DNA of 32,000 nt from Candidatus Saccharimonadota bacterium (GTDB lineage Bacteria; Pseudomonadota; Gammaproteobacteria; Enterobacterales; Enterobacteriaceae): assembly GCF_039383305.1 (NCBI RefSeq), contig NZ_CP135009.1, positions 330,001 through 362,000 of the forward strand, in the 5' to 3' direction. The notes beneath the pieces are model-generated. The model had not been told where the DNA came from, did not search any database, and saw only the letters and a list, made by a program, of their open reading frames with translations. Below, in pieces: positions 1-9,723 of the stretch. The position numbers and the translations under genes were made by a program. Each line of letters begins with the position of its first letter. The stretch's first letter is position 1.

Positions 1-384
1 AATTCTAAAAAACTCCCTGATATTCAATACCCTGATATTACTGGTATGTTAACAGGGGCTATAGATTTAATATATATTTACAATAATCAATATTTTTTAT
101 TAGATTATAAAACCAATTGGTTAGGACCAAAAAATATTTTTTATAATCAAAAAAATATATATAAAGAAATCTATAAAAATCGTTATGATGTTCAATATCA
201 AATTTATAGTATCGCTTTACATCGATATTTAATAAATAAATTAAAAAATTATAAATATTCTAAACATTTTGGAGGCATAATATATTTATTCATTAGATCT
301 TTCGATAATATTCATAATAAAAATGGAATTTTTTTTTATCTTCCAAACTATTCTTTAATTAAAAAACTAAATTTATTATTTTAG
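1..384 (+). CDS. recB: RecB (exodeoxyribonuclease V beta subunit), C-terminal nuclease domain; 5' end lies outside the window
   Basis: Frame 1 is open from base 1 (NSKKLPDIQYPDITGMLTGAIDLIY...) to TAG at 382-384. GAIDLIY...YFLLDYKTNWLG matches the E. coli RecB nuclease motif GFIDLVF...YYLLDYKSNWLG, with the catalytic Asp/Asp/Lys positions kept. recD follows 9 nt later, as in the recB-recD operon. Confidence 0.85.
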   Translation, partial: NSKKLPDIQYPDITGMLTGAIDLIYIYNNQYFLLDYKTNWLGPKNIFYNQKNIYKEIYKNRYDVQYQIYSIALHRYLINKLKNYKYSKHFGGIIYLFIRSFDNIHNKNGIFFYLPNYSLIKKLNLLF

Positions 385-393
385 GAAAAAATA

Positions 394-2208
394 GTGTTAT
401 TAAGTAAAAAAAATTTTTTAAGAATTTTAAAAAAATCTAAAATTAAAAAAATAATTCAAGAAATAGATTTTTATTGTATAAAAACTTTATTGCCATATTT
501 TTCAATAAAAAAATTATTAATTATATTAATTTTAAATTATGAATCGAATAAAGGAAATACTTGTCTTTCAATAAAATATTTTTCTAAGAATCATATTTTA
601 AAAAAAAAAATTCAAAAACTACAATATTTTTGGAATATTATAAAAAATATTAAATTATGGAATAATAAAAAAAATTTACCTTATATAATTAAAAAAAAAT
701 ACATATATTTATCACGATACTGGAAACAAGAAAAAAAAATTTTAAAATTTTTTAAAAATAAAACTATTAATTATACTAGAATTTTAAAAAAGTATTCTAA
801 AATATATAAAAATTTTAATTTTAAAAATATAGATAAAAAACAAAAATTAGCTATTGGAATAATATTATTTCATAAAATTTCTTTTTTAATTGGAGGACCA
901 GGAACTGGAAAAACAACAATTTTAGCATATATTTTAATAATATTAATTAAAACAACTACTCACACATTAAAAATTGCATTAACAGCTTTAACGGGAAAAG
1001 CCACAACACATTTAACAAATACAATATATAAAATTTTACACAAACAAAAATTTTCTTCATTAGAAAATAAAAAATATTTAATCACTGCAAACACCTTACA
1101 CAAAACTTTATTAATTCAAAAAAATTTTATTATTAACAAAAAATACAAAAAAAAAATAAATTTTGATCTTTTAATTATTGATGAAGCTTCAATGTTAGAT
1201 ACTAATATTATGGAAATTTTATGTCAAAGAATTTCTCTACATACAAAAATAATATTTTCTGGAGATATAAACCAATTACAACCTATTGAAACCGCTTCAA
1301 TTTTAAAAGAAATTTGTTATTTTGCAAAAAATACATACAATCCTATATTTTCACAATATATTTCAATATTTACGAAACAAAAATTAAAAATTTGTAAAAA
1401 AATATCTGAAAAAAATATTAAAAATTCAATTGTGATTTTAAAAAAAAATTATCGTTTTAACACAAATAATATGGTAATAAAGTTCACAAAAATTTTAGAA
1501 AATAAAAAAAAAATTTTTTTAAAAGATTTAATTTTTTTAAAAAATACTAAAAATTTTATTTTATCTGATATTTCTACAGAATTTTATTATAAAAAAATGT
1601 TAAAAAGTATCAAAAATTTATACCAAAAACATTGGAAACTAATAAAAAAAAAAAACAATAATTTTCCTTTAAATATTAAAAAAATTTTAAAAAATTTTCA
1701 AAAAAATCGAGTATTATGTGCAATAAAAGATGGATATTTCGGGGAAAAATTTTTAAATAATTTTTTAGACAATATTTTTTTTCAAAAAAATAATCTATCT
1801 CAAAAAAAATCTAAAATATGGTATCATGGAAAAATAATTTTAATTACAAAAAATAATTTTAAATTAAAATTATTTAATGGAATAATTGGAATTTGTATAT
1901 TATATAAAAAAAAATATAAAATATTTTTTCAATCTTCTAATAATACAATTTTCTCTATTAATCCTATATTAATAAAAAATTTTCAAAGTGCATGGGTTAT
2001 GACAATTCACAAATCACAAGGATCTGAATTTAAAAATGTTATTTTAATTTTTCCTAATAAATATTATTCAATTATGAATAAAGAATTATTTTATACAGCC
2101 TTAACAAGAACAAAAAAAAAAATTAAAATATATATAAATAATAAAATTATGTTAAAAATTATAAATAATATTAAAAAAAAGAAATCAGGACTACATAAAA
2201 ATTTTTAA
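394..2208 (+). CDS. recD: RecD (exodeoxyribonuclease V alpha subunit, SF1 helicase)
   Basis: 604-aa ORF with a GTG start preceded by AGGA (383-386). SF1 helicase motifs present: GGPGTGKTT (Walker A), LLIIDEASMLD (motif II), FSGDINQLQPI (III), TIHKSQGSEF and YTALTRTKKKIKIY (E. coli TVHKSQGSEF / YTAVTRARRRLSLY). No internal Met until residue ~266, so the start must lie near 394. Confidence 0.9.
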   Translation: MLLSKKNFLRILKKSKIKKIIQEIDFYCIKTLLPYFSIKKLLIILILNYESNKGNTCLSIKYFSKNHILKKKIQKLQYFWNIIKNIKLWNNKKNLPYIIKKKYIYLSRYWKQEKKILKFFKNKTINYTRILKKYSKIYKNFNFKNIDKKQKLAIGIILFHKISFLIGGPGTGKTTILAYILIILIKTTTHTLKIALTALTGKATTHLTNTIYKILHKQKFSSLENKKYLITANTLHKTLLIQKNFIINKKYKKKINFDLLIIDEASMLDTNIMEILCQRISLHTKIIFSGDINQLQPIETASILKEICYFAKNTYNPIFSQYISIFTKQKLKICKKISEKNIKNSIVILKKNYRFNTNNMVIKFTKILENKKKIFLKDLIFLKNTKNFILSDISTEFYYKKMLKSIKNLYQKHWKLIKKKNNNFPLNIKKILKNFQKNRVLCAIKDGYFGEKFLNNFLDNIFFQKNNLSQKKSKIWYHGKIILITKNNFKLKLFNGIIGICILYKKKYKIFFQSSNNTIFSINPILIKNFQSAWVMTIHKSQGSEFKNVILIFPNKYYSIMNKELFYTALTRTKKKIKIYINNKIMLKIINNIKKKKSGLHKNF

Positions 2209-2219
2209 AAAAAATAAAA

Positions 2220-2296
<77 letters not shown>

Positions 2297-2454
2297 TTTT
2301 ATTATTGTATATTATATAATATTTTTTTTTAAAAAACAAGAATTTTTACAAAATATTTATATTTAAATATTCTAAAATTTTTTTTAAAAAAAATAAATTT
2401 TTACAAAATAAATTTTTTCAAAATGTATTTAAAATTATCTTTGAGAAATATTAA

Positions 2455-2880
2455 ATGATTCCTAAAAAAAGAAGAAAAGCTCGTATAATTGCATTACAAA
2501 CTTTGTATTCTTGGCAAATTTCTAAAAATATTATGACTCAAGAAATTATAAAATATTTTTTAAAAAAACAAGATATCAAAAAAATTGATTTGATTTATTT
2601 TCATGATATTATATATGGTGTTATTAAATATGTAAAAAATTTAGATGTTTTTATGATTCCTTATTTATCTCGACATATTCGTACACTCGGAAATATAGAA
2701 ATAATTATTTTAAGAATTTCTTTATTCGAAATTTTAAAAAGAAAAGATATACCTTATAAAGTTTCGATTAATGAAGGTATCGAATTAGCAAAAATTTTTG
2801 GAGCCGAAAAAAGTCATAAATTTATTAATGGAGTATTAGATAAAATTGTAAAATATTTACTTCAAAAAATTAAAAATTAA
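2455..2880 (+). CDS. nusB: Transcription antitermination factor NusB
   Basis: 141 aa. [16 protein letters not shown] and [27 protein letters not shown] match E. coli NusB (RRRARECAVQALYSWQ ... [27 protein letters not shown]). Confidence 0.9.
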   Translation: MIPKKRRKARIIALQTLYSWQISKNIMTQEIIKYFLKKQDIKKIDLIYFHDIIYGVIKYVKNLDVFMIPYLSRHIRTLGNIEIIILRISLFEILKRKDIPYKVSINEGIELAKIFGAEKSHKFINGVLDKIVKYLLQKIKN

Positions 2881-2939
2881 GTTTTTTTATAAAAATTTTT
2901 AATTTTAAAAAAAATTTAAAAAGAAAATATTTAAAAAAA

Positions 2940-2967
2940 CTAAATATACACAAACATGTATATTTAG
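2940..2967. repeat. Perfect 11-bp inverted repeat (hairpin, 6-nt loop) in the nusB-tusE spacer
   Basis: ctaaatataca (2940-2950), caaaca, tgtatatttag (2957-2967); the arms are exact reverse complements. On the minus strand the stem is followed immediately by a T7 run (complement of A7 at 2933-2939). On the plus strand it is followed by A-runs. Only 2 of 11 pairs are G:C, so the stem is weak. Function unknown (see findings). Confidence 0.5.
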
Positions 2968-3086
2968 AAAAAATAAAAAAATTTTTTAAATAATAAAAAA
3001 CTTCTAAATACACTTTTTTTTTATAAAATATATATACTATTTAAAAAATATTTTTTCATGCTTTTAAAAAAATTCTTAAAAAAATT

Positions 3087-3383
3087 ATGAAAAATCTATT
3101 AACAAAAAAAATATCTGAACCTTGGAATAAAAATATCGCTATAAAAATTGCTTTAAAATATTCAATATATTTAAAAAAAATACATTGGAAAATTATTTTT
3201 TTTTTAAGATCTTTTTATTTACGTTATAAAATTATTCCTTCAATAAAAATGATTATACTAACTATAAAAAAAACATCTGATATAAATTTAAATACTCAAA
3301 TTTTTTTTAAATTATTTTCTAGAAATCCCCTTAAAAATGCATGTAAAATTGCAGGATTACCTACTAATCATTTATGCATATAA
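3087..3383 (+). CDS. tusE: Sulfurtransferase TusE (DsrC family, YccK)
   Basis: 98 aa. WKIIFFLRSFYLRYKIIPSIKMI and the C-terminus NACKIAGLPTNHLCI align with E. coli TusE ([23 protein letters not shown] ... ATKIAGLPKPVKCI). The penultimate active-site Cys is kept. Confidence 0.8.
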   Translation: MKNLLTKKISEPWNKNIAIKIALKYSIYLKKIHWKIIFFLRSFYLRYKIIPSIKMIILTIKKTSDINLNTQIFFKLFSRNPLKNACKIAGLPTNHLCI

Positions 3384-3394
3384 AAAATTATTTT

Positions 3395-4297
3395 TTATAA
3401 AAAATTTAAAAAAAATATATTTTTTAAAAAAATTACAAATAAAGAAAAAATAAAAATATAATATGACCATTTTTTATCAGATAAAAAAAATCTACCAAAT
3501 ATAGAAAAAAATATCCAAAAAAAATAGAAAAAACATAAAATAAAATAATTTAAAAAATTTACTGATATGTAAACACTTAATAATAATAAAAATAAAAAAT
3601 TTAAAAAAATGCTAGAAATTATTATTATTTGAGATTTTAAAATTCCTTTTTTTATAAAATACGTTGGTATTTTAATATTTTGATAATCTTCTAAACAATA
3701 AATAGAAATTGAAAATGTATGCGGAATTTGCCAAAAAAAATATACTAAAAATAATATAATACTACAAATATCAAATTTTTTCTGTATAGTAACATACCCA
3801 ATAAGAGGCGGTAAAGATCCTGAAATACCGCCTATTAAAGTCGCATAAATTTTTTTTCTTTTTAAAAAGATAGTATAAATAACTGTATAAATAAAAAAAC
3901 CTAAAATAAATAATATTAAACAAAATAAATTATTATATTGATAACACAAAAAAAATCCTAAAAATAATAAAAAAAAAGAATATAAATAAGATAAAAAAAT
4001 CATAAAAATATTAGAATTACACAAAAATCTATTCTTAGTACGATTCATTTGACGATCAATATCTCGATCAAAAATATTATTTATAATACATGCAGAACCT
4101 ATAATACTAATTAAACTTATTAATGAGATTAAAAAATATTTTAATTCAAACTGATTCTTGGAAGCTATCAAAAATCCACTTAAAAATGTTAAACTATTAC
4201 CTAATAAAATACCAGGTTTTAACAACATTAAAAAATGTATTACCTTATATAAATAATTTTTTAGAAATTTTAATGGTTTAAATGATTCATTATCCAT
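3395..4297 (-). CDS. cyoE: Protoheme IX farnesyltransferase (heme O synthase) CyoE
   Basis: 300-aa polytopic membrane ORF. LKPGILLGN and NNIFDRDIDRQMNRTKNRFL match E. coli CyoE ([29 protein letters not shown]). The ATG at 4297 overlaps cyoD by 28 nt. The in-frame Met at 4228 (MLLKPG) is an equally plausible start by alignment. Confidence 0.9.
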   Translation of the reverse strand: MDNESFKPLKFLKNYLYKVIHFLMLLKPGILLGNSLTFLSGFLIASKNQFELKYFLISLISLISIIGSACIINNIFDRDIDRQMNRTKNRFLCNSNIFMIFLSYLYSFFLLFLGFFLCYQYNNLFCLILFILGFFIYTVIYTIFLKRKKIYATLIGGISGSLPPLIGYVTIQKKFDICSIILFLVYFFWQIPHTFSISIYCLEDYQNIKIPTYFIKKGILKSQIIIISSIFLNFLFLLLLSVYISVNFLNYFILCFFYFFWIFFSIFGRFFLSDKKWSYYIFIFSLFVIFLKNIFFLNFL

Positions 4298-4569
4298 AAA
4301 GATCCTATAAAAATTATACCAATTATTAAAATAGTAAAAAATAAAGAAAAAAAATTTAAAATTATTAAATTATTTTTTTTAATATTTAAGACATGATATA
4401 AATGTATTATAATTTGTATTAAAAAACTCAAAATAAGAATATTTTTTTTTGATATTTTAGAAAAATTTTTTAAAAAAATAATATAAAATGTAAAAAAAAT
4501 CAATACTAAAATAAAAAAAAAACTTATAAATAAAGAATTTAAAAAAAATTTTTTTTTACAAATTGACAT
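4270..4569 (-). CDS. cyoD: Cytochrome bo3 ubiquinol oxidase subunit IV
   Basis: 99 aa, three hydrophobic segments. The C-terminus IIFIGSLWIMNHLN matches E. coli CyoD (LVVGSIWIMWNLN). Position between cyoC and cyoE fits the operon. Confidence 0.8.
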   Translation of the reverse strand: MSICKKKFFLNSLFISFFFILVLIFFTFYIIFLKNFSKISKKNILILSFLIQIIIHLYHVLNIKKNNLIILNFFSLFFTILIIGIIFIGSLWIMNHLNH

Positions 4570-4584
4570 AATGATACCTAAAAT

Positions 4585-5241
4585 TTAAGAAATTTTGTGT
4601 AATAAATAAACAAAAATAATAATAAATAACCATATAATATCTAAAAATTGAAAAAATAAATTTAAACAAAAAAAGTCTGAATAAAGATTTTTTATATTTT
4701 CATTAAAAAAAATACGGAATATTAAAAGTAATATCCAAAAAATTGCCCCAAAAATATGTATACAATGCATACCCAACAATGCAAAAAAAGAAGAAAAAAA
4801 ACCATTAATTTCATATGGACAAAAAACTAAAAAAATATGATTTAATTCATAAATTTCTAATATTAAAAATAAAGAAGTAAAAAATAATGTTAAACATAAT
4901 ATAAAAAATATATTTCTAATAGAAATTCTTTTAAAAAAATATACAATAATACTATATATAAATGAACTAAGTAATAAAAAAATTGTTTCTAAAAAAATTA
5001 TTTGAAAAGATATTTCATGAGTTTTCATCATATTAAAACATTGATTCTTAGTATTCATTAAAAAAAAAACTACAAATAAAACTGAAAAAACAATACATTC
5101 ACTCATTAAATATAGCCAAAAACCAAAAATTTTTTTTTCAAAATTAATATTTTTTTTCGAAGTAATTTTTATAAACTTATTTTGTGAATTTTCTTTTTTA
5201 AATATCATTTTTTTCCTATTTCTTAAAATTATTTTTTTCAT
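4585..5241 (-). CDS. cyoC: Cytochrome bo3 ubiquinol oxidase subunit III
   Basis: [20 protein letters not shown] and [18 protein letters not shown] match E. coli CyoC ([20 protein letters not shown] ... FWHFLDVVWICVFTVVYL). The ATG at 5241 overlaps the cyoB end by 26 nt. The Met at 5208 would remove the overlap. Confidence 0.9.
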   Translation of the reverse strand: MKKIILRNRKKMIFKKENSQNKFIKITSKKNINFEKKIFGFWLYLMSECIVFSVLFVVFFLMNTKNQCFNMMKTHEISFQIIFLETIFLLLSSFIYSIIVYFFKRISIRNIFFILCLTLFFTSLFLILEIYELNHIFLVFCPYEINGFFSSFFALLGMHCIHIFGAIFWILLLIFRIFFNENIKNLYSDFFCLNLFFQFLDIIWLFIIIFVYLLHKIS

Positions 5242-7177
5242 TTTTTTTAATTTTCTTTATAGAAATTAAATGCATTTTTGGATCTTGAAAAATTTTTAAG
5301 ATAATTAATAATAATATACCAAAAAATAAATATTTTATTATCCAAAAAATACGCCATACCATAGAAAAACCAAAAATTGTAACAAATAAACCTATGAAAA
5401 ATCCAAAACTACTATTACAAGGTAAATAAATATCTTTATAAAGAATATTGTTACAACTTTTTAAAGAAGTATTTTTAAAAATCCAAAAAGCATCTTTACT
5501 AGTCACGATGGGTAAAATAGAAAAATTATATATAGGAGGAGGAGATTTTGTAGACCATTCTAATGTACGACCATCCCATGGATCACCTGTAATATCCATA
5601 TAAGATTTACGATTTTTTATAGAAATATAAATTTGAATTATTTGAGATAAAATACCAAAAAAAATTAAAAAAACACCACACATAGATACCATTAATAAAA
5701 ATTGAAAATCTTTATCAATATTTTGACTCAAACGACGAGTCATTCCCATTAAACCTAGAATATATAAAGGCATAAAAGTAATAAAAAAACCAATTATCCA
5801 TAACCAAAATGCTCTAAAACCCCATTTTTCATCTAAAGTAAAACCAAAAATTTTTGGAAACCAATATGTAATACCAGCAAAACCTCCAAAAACAACACCT
5901 CCAATAATAACATTATGAAAATGAGCAACTAAAAATAAACTATTATGTAAAATAAAATCAATAGGAGGAATTGCTAAAAATATACCAGCCATTCCACCAA
6001 TCGTAAAAGTAATTAAGAAACCAATAGTCCATAACATCGAAGAATGAAATTCAATACGTCCTCGATACATTGTAAATAACCAATTAAAAATTTTTACACC
6101 AGTAGGTATAGCAATAATCATTGTTGTAATACTAAAAAACGTATTTACACTAGCTCCTGACCCCATAGTAAAAAAATGATGTAACCACACAATAAAAGAT
6201 AAGACAGTAATTACAATTGTAGCCCAAACTAAAGATAAATATCCAAATAATTTCTTTTTCGAAAAAGTAGATACTATTTCTGAAAAAACACCAAACATTG
6301 GTAAAATTAATATATAAACTTCCGGATGACCCCAAATCCATATTAAATTTATATATACCATCATATTTCCACCAATATCATTCGTAAAAAAATGAAAATT
6401 TAAATATCTATCTAAAGTTAATAATCCCAACGTAATACTCAAAACAGGAAAAGAAATTAAAATTAAAACATTTGTACATAAAGATGCCCAAGTAAAAATA
6501 GGTAAACGAAACATCTTCATACCTTTCGTACGCATTTTAAAAATTGTAACTAAAAAATTAATTGCAGTAAAAATAGTGCCAATACCGGAAATCTGTAAAA
6601 TCCAAATCCAATAATCAACACCTACACCAGGACTATATTGTAATTCAGATAATGGTGGATAACCTAACCATCCTGTTTTTGCGAATTCACCAATAATTAC
6701 AGATAAATTCATTAGTAACATAGAACTAACAGTTAACCAAAAACTAATACTATTTAATAATGGAAAAGCTAAATCTCTTGCTCCAATTTGTAATGGAATC
6801 ACAAAATTCATAAGTCCTATTACTAAAGGCATAGCAACAAAAAAAATCATAATAACACCATGAGCTGTAAAAATCTGATCATAATGATGCGGTGGTAAAA
6901 ATCCTAAAAACCCTAAAGAAACTATACATTGTTGAATTCGCATCATAATAGCATCAACAAATCCTCTTAAAAACATTAAAAAACTTAAAAAAAAATACAT
7001 AATAGCAATTTTTTTATGATCAACTGTAGTCAGCCAAGTATTCCATAAATATTTCCATTTTTTTAAATATGTTAAAATTATAAAAATACAACTACTAAAT
7101 AATAGTAATATAAAAAAAGTAAATAAAATTATTGGTTCTTGAAAAGGAATAGAATTAATAGTTAATTTTCCAAACAT
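5216..7177 (-). CDS. cyoB: Cytochrome bo3 ubiquinol oxidase subunit I (heme-copper oxidase)
   Basis: 653 aa. Heme-copper oxidase signatures [26 protein letters not shown] and [11 protein letters not shown] are present. It is clearly more G+C-rich than its neighbours. Confidence 0.95.
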   Translation of the reverse strand: MFGKLTINSIPFQEPIILFTFFILLLFSSCIFIILTYLKKWKYLWNTWLTTVDHKKIAIMYFFLSFLMFLRGFVDAIMMRIQQCIVSLGFLGFLPPHHYDQIFTAHGVIMIFFVAMPLVIGLMNFVIPLQIGARDLAFPLLNSISFWLTVSSMLLMNLSVIIGEFAKTGWLGYPPLSELQYSPGVGVDYWIWILQISGIGTIFTAINFLVTIFKMRTKGMKMFRLPIFTWASLCTNVLILISFPVLSITLGLLTLDRYLNFHFFTNDIGGNMMVYINLIWIWGHPEVYILILPMFGVFSEIVSTFSKKKLFGYLSLVWATIVITVLSFIVWLHHFFTMGSGASVNTFFSITTMIIAIPTGVKIFNWLFTMYRGRIEFHSSMLWTIGFLITFTIGGMAGIFLAIPPIDFILHNSLFLVAHFHNVIIGGVVFGGFAGITYWFPKIFGFTLDEKWGFRAFWLWIIGFFITFMPLYILGLMGMTRRLSQNIDKDFQFLLMVSMCGVFLIFFGILSQIIQIYISIKNRKSYMDITGDPWDGRTLEWSTKSPPPIYNFSILPIVTSKDAFWIFKNTSLKSCNNILYKDIYLPCNSSFGFFIGLFVTIFGFSMVWRIFWIIKYLFFGILLLIILKIFQDPKMHLISIKKIKKNEKNNFKK

Positions 7178-7252
7178 TTGAAATCCTTTAATCTGAAATA
7201 ACTTATATATAAAATTTCATTTTATAATTTATATTTATATTTTATAAATATT

Positions 7253-8107
7253 TTAAAATAAATTTACAATATTATTAAAAAGATTTGGAGAAATAGAAGA
7301 AAAATATTTTATCCGAAAATTTTTATTAGATTCTAAAATATTAAATAATTTTCTAGATGTATCTATCTTTAGAGGAGAACGATGTATTACATTAACCCAA
7401 TGTTTAAAATTAAATTCATTTTTTACCACACGTACTTGAAATTTCATATTTGAAAATCCAAAACCACTATAATTTGAAGAAATTCCTTTATATTTTCCTA
7501 CTGAATTTGCAATTAAATTTAATTGAGTTACCATTCCTGCCATAGAATAAATTTGACTTCCCAAAGAAGGAATAAAAAAAGAATTCATTACTGAATAAGA
7601 AGTAATTTTAAATTTTATGGGAGTATTAATAGGTATCACAATTTCATTAATTGTTGCAATTTTATATTTTGGATAGATAAATAACCATCTCCAGTCTAAA
7701 GAAATTACTTCAATAATAATAGGAGATCTAATGCTTCTCAAAGATTTCCTAGGCTCTAACAAATGAGTATATTTCAAAGATAAATAAGATAAAAAAAATA
7801 CTATTAAAATAGGAATAACCCAAACTATAATTTCTATTTTATATGAATGAGACCAATTTGGCTTATAAATAGATTTTAAATTAAATTTATTATATTTATA
7901 TAAAATAAAAAATATTAAAAAAAAAACAGGAAGAACTATTAATAACATAATCTTAAAAACAATCCACATTAACATAAATTCCGTATGAGCAATTCTACTT
8001 TGTGAAATGTTCAAAAATTTAAAAATAAGATAAAAAATTAAAAAAAAAGATACACAAAATAAAATTAAAATTTTATGTATTATATTTATATTATTACTAT
8101 TATTCAT
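7253..8107 (-). CDS. cyoA: Cytochrome bo3 ubiquinol oxidase subunit II
   Basis: 284 aa. [30 protein letters not shown] and [11 protein letters not shown] match E. coli CyoA ([41 protein letters not shown]). It is the first gene of the minus-strand cyoABCDE operon. Confidence 0.9.
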   Translation of the reverse strand: [284 protein letters not shown]

Positions 8108-8526
8108 AAAAAACCTATATTATTTTTTATAAAAATTAAAATTATTTTTAAAAAAAGTATATCATTTTTTTAAAAAAAATATAAAAATTTATTTTAATAC
8201 TGTAAAAAATAAATACTACTATATAAAAAAATAAAAATATTTTATTTTTTTAAAAAAAAAATGTTATACTATTAATAATATAAAAATAAAAATATTTTTT
8301 ATTTTATAGATAATTATTCAAATACTAAAATATATTATTTATATTTAAGAATATTATATTATACACTATTTTAAGTTTCTAGATATTTTTTAAAAACAAT
8401 CTATACATTATTTAATATACATAAAATTTAATATATTTTAACAAATATAAAAATTCCCCCCTAAAATTCACATTCATGATTTTTATTTTTTCTAAAAATA
8501 TCAAAAAAGGTTTAAATTAGTAAAAA

Positions 8527-8829
8527 ATGAAAAAATTTATTTTAGAAAAATTACAAAAAAAAATAATTTTACATTATTTAAAAATTTATAATGATACAAA
8601 ATTACATAAAAAAACAAATAATCAAAAAAAACATTATACTTTTGTTATTGTCTCAAAAAATTTTTCAAATATTAGTTTACTAAATCGTCATAAATTAATT
8701 TATAAAATTTTTAGAAAATATATTCCAAAAAATATTTATAGTCTAAACTTATTTACTTATACAATCGAAGAATGGTCAAAAAAAAAATTTATAATTAAAA
8801 AAAATATTTGCTTAAAAAAAAATATTTGA
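8527..8829 (+). CDS. bolA: BolA family transcriptional regulator / Fe-S associated protein
   Basis: 100 aa. LLNRHKLIYKIF and LFTYTIEEW match E. coli BolA (FLNRHRMIYSTL, LHTYTIKEW). It lies upstream of clpP-clpX-lon, as in E. coli. Confidence 0.8.
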   Translation: MKKFILEKLQKKIILHYLKIYNDTKLHKKTNNQKKHYTFVIVSKNFSNISLLNRHKLIYKIFRKYIPKNIYSLNLFTYTIEEWSKKKFIIKKNICLKKNI

Positions 8830-9028
8830 AAAATATTTTAACCTATCAAACATTTTTCTTAACATTTTTTTTAAACATTATTAAACTATAACGTTAAAAA
8901 ATTTTAAAAAAATTATAAATATAAAGTATTTAAAATATTATAATTTTATATATATCATTTTACTTCAAAAAAAATCATAATTTTAATTTTTAATAAAAAT
9001 CAAAAAATTTTACTTATAGAGACGTCAT

Positions 9029-9655
9029 ATGCCATATATATCCACTAAAAAAAAAACAAAAAATACATTTACATCTATTCCTTATGTAATTGAAAAAAAT
9101 ACATATAATGAAAATACTTATGATATTTATTCAAGGTTATTAAAAGATCGAATTATTTTTTTAACGGGTGAGATTAATGATAATTCTTCTAATTTAATAA
9201 TAGCTCAAATGTTATTTTTAGAAGCTAAGAATCCTAATCAAGATATTTTTTTATATATTAACTCTCCAGGAGGAATCGTTACCTCTGGTTTATCTATTTA
9301 TGATACTATGCAATTTATTCAACCAGATATAAATACCATTTGTTTAGGGCAAGCATGTTCTATGGCTGCCTTATTATTATGCTCCGGTACTTTTGGAAAA
9401 AGATTTTGTTTACCAAACTCTCGAATTATGTTACATCAACCTTCCGGAGGATTTCAAGGTCAAGCATCTGACATTATGATTCAAGCACAAGAAATCAAAA
9501 AAATTAAAAAAAAAATTAATACTTTAATTGCATTTCATACTAAAAATAATATTAAAAAAATTAAAAAAGATACTAATAGAGATTATTTTTTATCACCTAA
9601 AGAATCTTTACAATATGGAATTATTGATTCTATCTTTACTACTCGAAAAAAATAA
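9029..9655 (+). CDS. clpP: ATP-dependent Clp protease proteolytic subunit ClpP
   Basis: 208 aa. [17 protein letters not shown] matches E. coli. The contexts of the catalytic triad are present: GQACSMAA (Ser), MLHQPSGG (His), [10 protein letters not shown] (Asp). Confidence 0.95.
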   Translation: MPYISTKKKTKNTFTSIPYVIEKNTYNENTYDIYSRLLKDRIIFLTGEINDNSSNLIIAQMLFLEAKNPNQDIFLYINSPGGIVTSGLSIYDTMQFIQPDINTICLGQACSMAALLLCSGTFGKRFCLPNSRIMLHQPSGGFQGQASDIMIQAQEIKKIKKKINTLIAFHTKNNIKKIKKDTNRDYFLSPKESLQYGIIDSIFTTRKK

Positions 9656-9723
9656 TAATAAAAAATATATATCTATAATTAAAAAAATTAAAAAAATAAA
9701 TTAAAATATATTAAGAGAAAAAA

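Noticed and set aside
2342-2410. 14-nt direct repeat atttttacaaaata (2342-2355 and 2397-2410), each containing a -35-like TTTACA, upstream of nusB.
   Set aside because: No acceptable -10 lies at 16-18 nt from either copy. A 14-mer of A/T can recur by chance in low-complexity spacer. It could be promoter-related, but that is unsupported.
6150-6341. 63-aa ORF within cyoB (same strand, other frame).
   Set aside because: It is nested in a highly conserved gene, with no RBS and a short length. It is a shadow ORF.
8245-8261. Recurrent T(6-9)A(6-10) junction tracts in almost every spacer. Examples: 2322-2336, 2378-2393, 8165-8179, 8245-8261, 13614-13628, 19108-19125, 21153-21166, 28054-28067.
   Set aside because: The opposite arrangement, A(n)T(n), also occurs in spacers (for example 2975-2987 and 23731-23740). 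Homopolymer runs are expected at this base composition. Without a composition-matched enrichment test I cannot call it a motif.
8456-8461. C6 run (G6 on the minus strand) in the 419-nt cyoA-bolA divergent spacer. It is the only G+C island in the window not explained by a gene, RNA or hairpin.
   Set aside because: It has no complementary partner nearby, no start codon at RBS distance on either strand, and no resemblance to a known operator that I can recognise. I leave it unexplained rather than assign a function.
8476-8520. 14-codon upstream ORF (MIFIFSKNIKKGLN) ending 6 nt before bolA.
   Set aside because: It has no RBS, and short ORFs of this kind arise constantly in AT-rich spacers. There is no evidence for a leader peptide.
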